Below are positions 53,201 through 58,528 of a stretch of 64,000 nt of DNA, piece after piece (within the stretch, counting starts at the first letter, position 1; each line of letters opens with the position of its first letter). Origin of the DNA: Microbacteriaceae bacterium (GTDB taxonomy: Bacteria; Actinomycetota; Actinomycetes; Actinomycetales; Microbacteriaceae); the NCBI GenBank assembly GCA_027490915.1, contig JAIXXG010000035.1, positions 19,582 through 83,581 on the forward strand. Reading direction: 5' to 3'. The position numbers and the translations under genes are program-made. Under the pieces are notes generated by a model. The model saw only the letters and a program-made list of their open reading frames with translations, was not told where the DNA came from and ran no database searches.

Positions 53201-53363
53201 CGCCGTCGTCATGACGCTGACGGTCGTGCTTGCCGTCGCCGGATGGTGGGCGGCTGCGTACGGCGTCTATGCGGGCGGGGCGCTGCTGGCGGCCGCAGGC
53301 GTCGCGATCGCGCTCGCGGGGAAGTGGGCCCCGTCGGGCTCGAACCGACGACCCGCGGATTAA
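47298..53363 (+). CDS. giant secreted surface protein (2,021 aa): DUF11-like region, 2 FN3-like modules, 10 Cys-pair Ig-like modules, P/S/T linker, C-terminal domain, 3 C-terminal TM helices
   Basis: Start set at ATG 47298 (AGGGGAA SD; signal peptide ...VLGASTPAQA). DUF11-like LRYTLSIVNSGTSAVTVDRVID. FN3-like GLQSGTIYYYRIV and GDTWYYRADI. Stop TAA 53361-53363. Confidence 0.8.
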   Translation: MHASGVVRPAAGPRRRIVAFSVVLALVAGLFSSVLGASTPAQAVVPACSSTTTQNGITIAPSHGSVFYIDSAASQRMDASYLGYVVSSTTARSDLWVSVGGFAGGSVTAADPNDTARSIGTLAANGSGTAFFLVKAGAPTTRAQAHTVTVYSGMPGLAASTALASCIFSFSQVKETIKANSNKVTSVVTGPVDTAGMTVGQTFTVTVEGDTGQIGEGTSSPDKDMMWLSPAARSSWPAGSVRLESSRIQLGTTLSNARSCTTENTCQFSNVLLIRNLRTVANGIRANTKSLSYVATYTFRVVGATSAAVPVLPVAQVSSGTQIKHTTIPQIALATIKTNDVVVNARTTKTVSTTVVVSQDPLATTLRYTLSIVNSGTSAVTVDRVIDQADASLSYVAGTRVGRSYTSSGVQSALTVREPSIDITTGDLVFSGPLSVPAGGRIEIDYSMVTPTCVDGEPFSVTNSATAQIGTTIVGSSPSTFQQVLARGTCGDTVIDPPTITDEAIPPEVVTLAPSAVGDTTATLEGTADPNGVAGSVVRFEWGTDPNFRGAASKQMGTTTNATTPQAVSGGLTGLQSGTIYYYRIVVDVTTSGVTTSYYGSRQSFTTTEPVAAPVVTTQPATSVSRTGATLNGSIDPNQTSSLVAFTLSKNSTLASGTTLVKILDDQDIAENASTNPPTSFAGSFSTPFSITLAQAGVAIVAGDTWYYRADIISNTGTILSSGAIRSVSLVTTSPQTVAFDPVSDTTISASSASVRATATSGLSPSVRTETPDVCRIVLDAGGQVTLELLGIGDCTLVADQEGGTVGGTVYEPAASVTTSFTVTRASRTLTLDDPDDLSDWGQTGPHIHATPSLGADDGTISYRTVSSDGVCSIDAATGVVTVEGPGLCQLAADISQGARHQSATASTVAFTVGKRTQELVLADASLSLSSPQLALVADSSATTRTAGLGAIEYILATGESNTAQCSIANGQVTAESAGTCVVEARRGGNSHWTDAVTRALITVSDKAARTIALRIPTATGTAPVPAAVDDWSTTELDVLGVPSTTDTGDEIRYTTLPGTTACTVDAATGRVTITGAGDCVLRTAVSETARSAGATSSSTTIRIGPRAQTITDFPGRTVSADATEVPLSSGTDALTNADGIGEAQYRVDPASTDGCSIVDGRLVFTQAGSCIVVASRSGNAHWSAAEARATITVERASRRLAFDGVTAALASVTDWAEAPHSAVATPSAGVGDGAVSYSAASASGACRVSAATGLVEFLGAGECTLRAAVAQGARFDSAQADEVTFTIGKREQSITGHADATRWATVTSVALAPQSNATVNDNGMGAISLTLVDDGNGACRLVDGELRVDAAGECVVDAARSGNEHWTAATQRAVLRFDRAARTISLRSGMSSNPTWLGAAPGLTVQISADPTGGAVRYTAAEGGPCAIDAVTGEITLLRAGRCTLTATLGPSARYQSATSTPLSFTIDPEPQRITNLPSGRVTVETAAIPLAAVSNATRLDDGIDQIVYRVGGDARTTAVCAIDGSTLVILAAGICEVSAYRNGNDNWTDAVATSQVIVDPLRVAGVLRLASGRAGIPVGDSDRALLTTSLLHPGPRTWSGTSGVCMVDETGAVRAIGSGTCVITVTIPATDRLSAVVAQLSVPITAVTAPPPPAPSPPAAPSDPPSPPSPSSTPTSTPTSTPTAGPGDTGEKPTILRDPIGVRTIPELARESVSGFAPGSTVRAELAGARTVGQFVVADGVLDEFTVVDALLSSAARRSGGFTRVLSVDVEHPDPSSLFTDIGPALTRILGESRLGTPVSVGELPVTGADRWVRVEVEATGLRPSSRAALVVTTDPIVVGEAVAADDGRASIVGWIPLDLLDVGPHSLRVVGVRALSGATVDDTGAVRMTDEIIAEVNQFDPGTAATLTITGSTTGQDIVIAQRRILLDDITPWWALFLLAAGVLAVGVARRRRAEWDARSRAVSLAVVMTLTVVLAVAGWWAAAYGVYAGGALLAAAGVAIALAGKWAPSGSNRRPAD
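49497..52247 (+). repeat. ten tandem modules of about 92 aa in the giant protein, alternating two types
   Basis: Modules 2, 4, 6, 8: C-x16-C with (I/V)DA(A/V)TG and AR-x2-SA. Modules 3, 5, 7, 9: C-x14-C with GN-x-(H/N)W. Modules 1 and 10 are degenerate (C-x19-C, C-x15-C). DNA copies are diverged. Confidence 0.85.
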
Positions 53364-53397
53364 AAGTCCGCTGCTCTGCCAACTGAGCTAGAGGCCC
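53325..53397 (-). tRNA. tRNA-Lys (anticodon TTT)
   Basis: Reverse complement GGGCCTC-TA-GCTC-AGTTGGCA-GAGC-A-GCGGA-CTTTTAA-TCCGC-GGGTC-GTCGG-TTCGAGC-CCGAC-GGGGCCC-A. CCA is not encoded. Confidence 0.92.
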
Positions 53398-53450
53398 GCC
53401 TCCAATCTACCGCGAGGCGGCCCGGTGCGCCGCGGGCTAGCGTGGATGCC

Positions 53451-54083
53451 ATGACCGAGCGCCCCCGCCGCCCCGTGCGCCTGCCGAGCGCGGCGTTCGA
53501 GGTGCAGGAGGGCGGGCTCGACCCGGCCGTGACGCTGCGCATCGCGCACGATTCGGCGCGGGCGCTCGTGCACCGGGTGCGGGCGAGCGACGACCCCGAT
53601 CTGGTCGAGCGCATGGTCGCCTTCACCGACGAGCATGGGCTCGACACGCTCGCCGAGCTGTGGTCGCGCGCGGGCGCGCGAACCCTGCCCGGCGCACTGT
53701 GGCGGCTGTCGCTGCTGCGGGCGCTGATCCGCTCTGACCCGCACGGGGTCGCGCTGCTGTTCCAGCGCGGCAGCGAGGTGCTCGCGACGGCCGACCCGGT
53801 GGTGGCGGGCGCCGAGACGCCGACCGGGCCGGACGAGATCCGGGTGCTCGCTGACGCCGTGCTGCGCGGCGTCTACGTGGGCGACGTCGCGGTCGCGTTC
53901 GACCGCGCGGCGGCGTTCTGCCGCACGGCCGCGGCCGGGGCCGCCGACCTGGCCGACGATGCCGACGCGGGAGCCGACGATGCCCGTGCGGCCGAGCTGA
54001 CGGCACGGGCGGCGCGGCTCGCGGCGAGCGCGCGCGACTTCACCGCCTGCGCGCGCCTCGAGCGGGCGGGCTCGCTCGACTGA
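53451..54083 (+). CDS. hypothetical protein (Ala/Arg/Asp-rich, about 210 aa)
   Basis: Coherent ORF with coding-like composition. TAGCGT 53438-53443 lies 7 nt upstream of ATG 53451 (track start GTG 53442 overlaps that hexamer). I recognise no family. Confidence 0.6.
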   Translation: MTERPRRPVRLPSAAFEVQEGGLDPAVTLRIAHDSARALVHRVRASDDPDLVERMVAFTDEHGLDTLAELWSRAGARTLPGALWRLSLLRALIRSDPHGVALLFQRGSEVLATADPVVAGAETPTGPDEIRVLADAVLRGVYVGDVAVAFDRAAAFCRTAAAGAADLADDADAGADDARAAELTARAARLAASARDFTACARLERAGSLD

Positions 54084-54114
54084 CGCTCCGCATCCCGACG
54101 CCCCACCGGCGCCC

Positions 54115-54203
54115 TGTCACAAATCACGGACTTCTCGACCTCATCGCGTGCCTCCGCGGGCGTGTCGGTCTCGTCAGCCCGTGAAAGTCCGTGACGTGTG
54201 ACA
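54115..54203. repeat. 19-nt inverted repeat flanking a 51-nt spacer in a 380-nt noncoding region
   Basis: TGTCACAAATCACGGACTT (54115-54133) versus AAGTCCGTGACGTGTGACA (54185-54203), 17/19 complementary. Confidence 0.8.
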
Positions 54204-54462
54204 TCGGGGGCCGGGATGCCCGCGGAATGCCGCACAGCCTCCCGCGGTTACACTGCTCTAGCCGGGCCGCAGTAACCCCGGGCTCCACTTTTCGCCGCTG
54301 CGAGCGGCCTTCCGCCGAGAGGCGTTCTGCGGCCCGGCTCTTCTGTGCTCGGGGGACACCAGCGTCGCGGGGCGCGCCGGTGCGCACGGCCCCCAACCTG
54401 GCAGTTCGCTGAGTCGCCCCCTCCGCGCCAAACCCTCCGGCCCGGGGCGCCGAACACCAGGC

Positions 54463-54945
54463 ATGTCACCGACTGCTCGCACTGCTCGCCCCGCACTGGC
54501 CCTCGTGGTCGTGCCGGCGCTGCTCGTCGCGCTCGCCGCCTGCACCGGGTCGACCCCGGCGTTGATCGCCGACGCGACGCCGCTGCCGCCGGCCGGCGAT
54601 GGGATGCCGGCCGCGGCCGAGCCTCTGCAGCCGGGCCCCGACGAGGTCATCACGATCGGCCTCCGGTTCATGCCGGAGGACATCACGGTGCCGGTCGGGA
54701 CCACCGTGACCTGGCGCAACGGCGAAGCCATCGGGCACACGATCACCTCGGGTGCCTGGGGCGACGTGAACGAGAGCACCGGGTTGCGGGGCACGCAGTC
54801 GGCCGACGGCCTGTTCGATCACGCGCTCGCGCCGATGGGGCAGGAGGGGGACACGTTCTCGTTCACCTTCACCGAGCCGGGGGAGTACTCGTACTTCTGC
54901 ATGCCGCACCTGACGATGAACGCTCGCGTCATCGTCGAGGGCTAG
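54463..54945 (+). CDS. cupredoxin (plastocyanin/amicyanin-like blue-copper) lipoprotein
   Basis: Lipobox LAAC. Copper ligands: His in EAIGHTITS and the C-terminal YFCMPHLTM pattern. Confidence 0.82.
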   Translation: MSPTARTARPALALVVVPALLVALAACTGSTPALIADATPLPPAGDGMPAAAEPLQPGPDEVITIGLRFMPEDITVPVGTTVTWRNGEAIGHTITSGAWGDVNESTGLRGTQSADGLFDHALAPMGQEGDTFSFTFTEPGEYSYFCMPHLTMNARVIVEG

Positions 54946-55006
54946 CAGGGCACGGGGCGCGCCGCCGGCCGCATCACACCAACACCACACAACAAAGGGG
55001 AATCAC

Positions 55007-55669
55007 ATGCGCAAGTCCATCGCGTTCGCCGGCCTCGGCCTGGCTGCCGCTCTCGTCCTCTCGGGATGCTCGACCGCTGCTGAGGCGGAGGCCCCCATGG
55101 AGGAGGCCGCCGTCGTCGACACCGTCAACAGCGACGGCGCCGAGCTGCGTGCGCAGCTCACCGCTCTGCTCGCTGACCACGTCTACCTGGCCGGTGCGGC
55201 CATCGACCAGGCCCTGCAGGACGGCGGCGACCTGTCGACGCCGCAGGTGCAGGCCGCTGTCGCCGCGCTCGACGAGAACTCGGTCGAGGTCGCCGCTCTC
55301 GTCGGCTCCGCCTACCCCGACGCCGAGCAGCCGTTCCTCGACTCGTGGCGCTCGCACATCCCGTTCTTCGTCAACTACACGCTCGGCAAGGCGACCGGCG
55401 ACCAGGCACTGGCCGACCAGGCTGTCGCCGACCTCGGCGCCTACGCGGTGTCGTTCGGTCAGCTGATCAACTCGGTCGTTCCCGAGCTGCCGGCCGAGGC
55501 CGTGCAGGCGGAGCTCGAGATGCACGCGCAGACGCTGCTCGCGGCGATCGACGCGAACATCGCGGGCGACCCGGCCTACTTCGACCTGCTCAAGGAGGCC
55601 GCGAGCCACATGCCGATGACCGCGCAGGCGCTCGCCGGCGGCATCGCGGCGAACCTCGGCATCGAGTAG
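55007..55669 (+). CDS. hypothetical helical lipoprotein with four spaced His residues
   Basis: Lipobox LSGC. Two similar halves. Single His in each predicted helix: ADHVYL, RSHIPF, EMHAQT, ASHMPM. Confidence 0.65.
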   Translation: MRKSIAFAGLGLAAALVLSGCSTAAEAEAPMEEAAVVDTVNSDGAELRAQLTALLADHVYLAGAAIDQALQDGGDLSTPQVQAAVAALDENSVEVAALVGSAYPDAEQPFLDSWRSHIPFFVNYTLGKATGDQALADQAVADLGAYAVSFGQLINSVVPELPAEAVQAELEMHAQTLLAAIDANIAGDPAYFDLLKEAASHMPMTAQALAGGIAANLGIE

Positions 55670-55773
55670 TCGCCAGCACCGACCACCGGCCGGTGGGGAG
55701 GGGACCCGAGCCCCGCCCCACCGGCCGCTGCCGTTCACTGCGTTTCCCGATCCACGACCAGGGAGGAACTGCG

Positions 55774-56382
55774 ATGCTGGTACTCGTGCCTTCCGATACT
55801 GCGCTCGACGACGTCGCCCCCGCGGCCGACGTGACGGTCGAGGCCACCGATCGCCTGCTGCAGCGCGTCGCCGGCGGCGATCAGCGCGCGTTCAGCGAGC
55901 TGTACGACCTCATCGCTCCGCGCATGCTCGGCCTCGTGCGTCACGTGCTGAAAGACCACGCGCAGTCGGAGGAGGTGCTGCAGGAGGTGCTGCTCGAGAT
56001 CTGGCAAACCGCCGCGCGCTTCGATCCGAATAAGGGGAGAGCGGTGACGTGGATGCTCACCATGGCCCACCGTCGGGCGATCGATCGCGTGCGCAGCGCG
56101 CAGTCGTCGCGCGACCGCGACGTCAAGGTGGGCATCCGCGATCTCGACCGCGAGTTCGATCACGTCGCCGAGAGCGTCGAGGTGCGAATCGAGCATGAAC
56201 GGGTGGAGAGGGCATTGAGCCGGTTGACCGACCTGCAGCGCCAGGCGGTGGAGCTCGCCTACTACGGGGGCTACACGCAGAGCGAGGTCTCCGACATGCT
56301 CGGGGTTCCGCTGGGAACCGTGAAGACACGATTGCGCGACGGCATGATCCGTCTGCGCGAAGAACTGGGGGTGGCGTCATGA
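55774..56382 (+). CDS. sigK: ECF RNA polymerase sigma factor, SigK-like
   Basis: Trimmed from ORF 55345..56382 to ATG 55774 behind a GGGAGGA SD. Region 2 ([31 protein letters not shown]) and region 4.2 HTH ([24 protein letters not shown]). Followed by an RskA-type anti-sigma gene. Confidence 0.85.
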   Translation: MLVLVPSDTALDDVAPAADVTVEATDRLLQRVAGGDQRAFSELYDLIAPRMLGLVRHVLKDHAQSEEVLQEVLLEIWQTAARFDPNKGRAVTWMLTMAHRRAIDRVRSAQSSRDRDVKVGIRDLDREFDHVAESVEVRIEHERVERALSRLTDLQRQAVELAYYGGYTQSEVSDMLGVPLGTVKTRLRDGMIRLREELGVAS

Positions 56383-57080
56383 GTCGACTCGACGATGACG
56401 ACCTGATGCACGACGACGAGTTCGCCGACGTGCGGGCCGCGCTGGGGCTGGCGGTGCCGCCGGTCGCACCGTCGCCCGCGCTGAAGGACGCCCTGATGGC
56501 GGCGGTCGCGGTCACGCCGCAGCTGCCCGCGGATGTGCCGGCCTCGACGGCCGACCCTGCCGCGGCGACGGATGCTGCCGCCCCGGTCGCGGCGGGTTCC
56601 GCCGCCGCTCGGGCCCAGGCCCGCTGGTTCTCACGGCCGGCGCTGCTCGTCACCGCGGCGGCCGCGGCCATCGCGCTGTTCGTCGGCGGCGTGCTGACGG
56701 CCGACATCCTCCGGCCGGCGGGGTCCACCGCGACCGAGCAGCTCGCGACGATCGTCGCGGCGCCCGACGTCACGACGACGACCGCCGAGGTCGCGGGCGG
56801 CGCGACGGCCACCCTCGTGGCGAGCGAGTCGGTGGGGCTGTCGGCGATGGTCTTCGACGGCCTCGACCCGTTGTCGGACGACGAGCGGTACGCGCTCTGG
56901 TACATCACCGACGGGGTTCCGACCCCGGCCGGCCTGTTCGCCGTCGATGACGAGGGGGCCGTGGTGCAGGTGCTCGAGGGTGCGTTCGAGGCGGGAACCG
57001 TGGTGGGCGTGACGGTCGAACCCGCGTCGGGCAGCCCGGCGCCGACGAGCGATCCGATCGTGGCGATCGCCACGGCCTAG
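56379..57080 (+). CDS. rskA: anti-sigma-K factor RskA-like (single-pass membrane protein)
   Basis: ATGA overlap with sigK. Short cytoplasmic N-domain, [21 protein letters not shown]. Extracytoplasmic RskA-type domain (YALWYI...PAGLF...[11 protein letters not shown]). Confidence 0.8.
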   Translation: MSRLDDDDLMHDDEFADVRAALGLAVPPVAPSPALKDALMAAVAVTPQLPADVPASTADPAAATDAAAPVAAGSAAARAQARWFSRPALLVTAAAAAIALFVGGVLTADILRPAGSTATEQLATIVAAPDVTTTTAEVAGGATATLVASESVGLSAMVFDGLDPLSDDERYALWYITDGVPTPAGLFAVDDEGAVVQVLEGAFEAGTVVGVTVEPASGSPAPTSDPIVAIATA

Positions 57081-57122
57081 GTCTGGCGGGCGACCGCCCG
57101 GGTCGGAGGCCGCAGAGCTCGC

Positions 57123-57152
57123 GAAGGGCCCCGCGCGTGCGCGGGGCCCTTC
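57123..57152 (+). terminator. stem-loop after the sigK-rskA operon
   Basis: GAAGGGCCCCGC gcgtgc GCGGGGCCCTTC (12-bp stem). No T-tract. Confidence 0.5.
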
Positions 57153-57175
57153 TGCATGCCCGGGTGCGCATCCTG

Positions 57176-57204
57176 TTGCATTATTGCTATGTAGTAGTTA
57201 TGCT
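57176..57204 (+). promoter_or_regulatory. sigma-70-type promoter TTGCAT-17 nt-TATGCT for a leaderless HTH gene
   Basis: -35 at 57176-57181, -10 at 57199-57204, ATG at 57211 (6-nt gap). No SD. Locally A/T-rich. Confidence 0.6.
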
Positions 57205-57210
57205 ACAGAC

Positions 57211-57456
57211 ATGGGACGCAAACCGAAGGCCGATGACCCGGTCTACAGCCGCATCGAGCAGTACCGCACCCGCGCGGGCCTGAGCCGGCAGGAGCTCGCC
57301 GACGCCGTGGGCGTGCACTACCAGACGGTCGGCTACCTCGAGCGGGGCGAGTACGCGCCCTCGCTCGCGCTCGCCCTGCGCCTCGCCGAGCTGCTCGCCG
57401 TCCCCGTCGAGCAGCTGTTCTCGCTGACCCCCTTCCCGACCACGCAGGAGGACTGA
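57211..57456 (+). CDS. XRE-family HTH transcriptional regulator (81 aa, YozG-like)
   Basis: HTH LSRQELADAVGVHYQTVGYLERGEY. The track TTG start at 57184 lies inside the promoter, so ATG 57211 is preferred. Confidence 0.8.
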   Translation: MGRKPKADDPVYSRIEQYRTRAGLSRQELADAVGVHYQTVGYLERGEYAPSLALALRLAELLAVPVEQLFSLTPFPTTQED

Positions 57457-57459
57457 CCC

Positions 57460-57972
57460 ATGACCACGAGCCCCCGCTCTCGCCGCAACGAGCAGGCTGT
57501 CGCCGAGATGGCCGACAGCGTCATGCGCGACACCCGCTTCGACTGGATGCGCACGCGCGCCGCGCGCCGCGGCATCGTCGCGCTCATGATCGCGATGCTC
57601 GTCGCCATGCCCGTCGCCTGGATGACGCTGCCGTCGCTCGCCGCCCTCGGGGTCGTCGGCCTCGCCGCGATCGTCTGGTGGGCGCTGCGCATGTCGGTGC
57701 GCGTCGTCGCCGACCTGCCGGAGGAGTACCTCGACGAGCGGCAGGCGCGCGTGCGCGATCGTGCGTACGTCGACGCCTACCGGTGGTTCGCCGGCATCAC
57801 GCTGGCCGCGGCGACCGTGGCCCTCGTGTGGTTCGTCGTCGTGAGCATCGACGACGCCGTGCTGGTCGAAGTGACGTGGAACGGCGCGATGGCGGTCTTC
57901 TGGACGTTCGAGGGCCTCGCCCTCGCGCTGCCGTCGATGGTGCTCGCCCTGCGCGAGCGCGACCGCACCTAG
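57460..57972 (+). CDS. hypothetical 4-TM membrane protein partnered with the small HTH regulator
   Basis: 3-nt gap after the HTH gene. Four hydrophobic helices. I recognise no family. Confidence 0.65.
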   Translation: MTTSPRSRRNEQAVAEMADSVMRDTRFDWMRTRAARRGIVALMIAMLVAMPVAWMTLPSLAALGVVGLAAIVWWALRMSVRVVADLPEEYLDERQARVRDRAYVDAYRWFAGITLAAATVALVWFVVVSIDDAVLVEVTWNGAMAVFWTFEGLALALPSMVLALRERDRT

Positions 57973-57981
57973 CCGCTGGCG

Positions 57982-58022
57982 CGACGAGGGGCCCGGGGCG
58001 CATCGCCCCGGGCCCCTCGTCG
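57982..58022. terminator. 19-bp perfect bidirectional stem-loop between convergent genes
   Basis: CGACGAGGGGCCCGGGGCG cat CGCCCCGGGCCCCTCGTCG. Confidence 0.65.
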
Positions 58023-58043
58023 TCGGTCAGCGGGAGGCGTCGA

Positions 58044-58475
58044 TCAGTGCACCGGCGCCGGAGCGATCTCGGCGATGAGCGCCTCGACACGACCGCGGAT
58101 CTCGTCGCGGATCGCGCGCACCGCCTCGATGCCCTGGCCGGCCGGGTCCTCCAGCGCCCAGTCCTCGTAGCGCTTACCGGGGTAGATCGGGCAAGCGTCG
58201 CCGCACCCCATCGTGATGACGACGTCGGAGTCGACGACCGACTGCACGGTCAGCACCTTCGGCACGTTGTGCGCGATGTCGATGCCCTCCTCGGCCATGG
58301 CCTGCACGGCCACGGGGTTGATCTGGTCCTTCGGCTCCGAGCCGGCCGAGAGCACGGTCACGCGGTCGCCCGCGAGGTGCTGCAGGTAGCCGGCGGCCAT
58401 CTGCGAGCGTCCGGCGTTGTGCACACACACGAACAGGACGGTGGGCGTGGCGGGGGTGTCGTCATGCTTCTTCAT
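58044..58475 (-). CDS. arsC: arsenate reductase, LMW-PTP type
   Basis: CX5R P-loop FVCVHNAGRS and a downstream Cys pair MGCGDACP. TATACT (complement of 58483-58488) lies 7 nt upstream of the ATG. Confidence 0.85.
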   Translation of the reverse strand: MKKHDDTPATPTVLFVCVHNAGRSQMAAGYLQHLAGDRVTVLSAGSEPKDQINPVAVQAMAEEGIDIAHNVPKVLTVQSVVDSDVVITMGCGDACPIYPGKRYEDWALEDPAGQGIEAVRAIRDEIRGRVEALIAEIAPAPVH

Positions 58476-58485
58476 GGCTCAAAGT

Positions 58486-58501
58486 ATAGACACACATCTA
58501 T
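58486..58501. promoter_or_regulatory. palindromic operator ATAGAC-N4-ATCTAT overlapping the arsC -10
   Basis: Second copy of the motif found at 59469-59484 (one arm mismatch). Confidence 0.5.
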
Positions 58502-58528
58502 GCTTCTGCGCTACCCTCGGCGTGCCCG

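Noticed and set aside
54084-54462. RNase P RNA or SRP RNA in the 380-nt gap (GAAAGTCCG at 54183-54191, GGGCTCCAC at 54280-54288, CCCGGCT at 54333-54339 resemble RNase P P4-region strings).
   Set aside because: The fragments are in the wrong relative arrangement and cannot form the P4 helix (AGTCCGTG versus CCCGGCTC). No GGAAGGAAGCAGC-type SRP core is present.
57184-57210. TTG start (track ORF 57184..57456) for the small HTH gene.
   Set aside because: The extra 9 codons lie inside the TTGCAT-17-TATGCT promoter. ATG 57211 sits at the expected leaderless TSS position.
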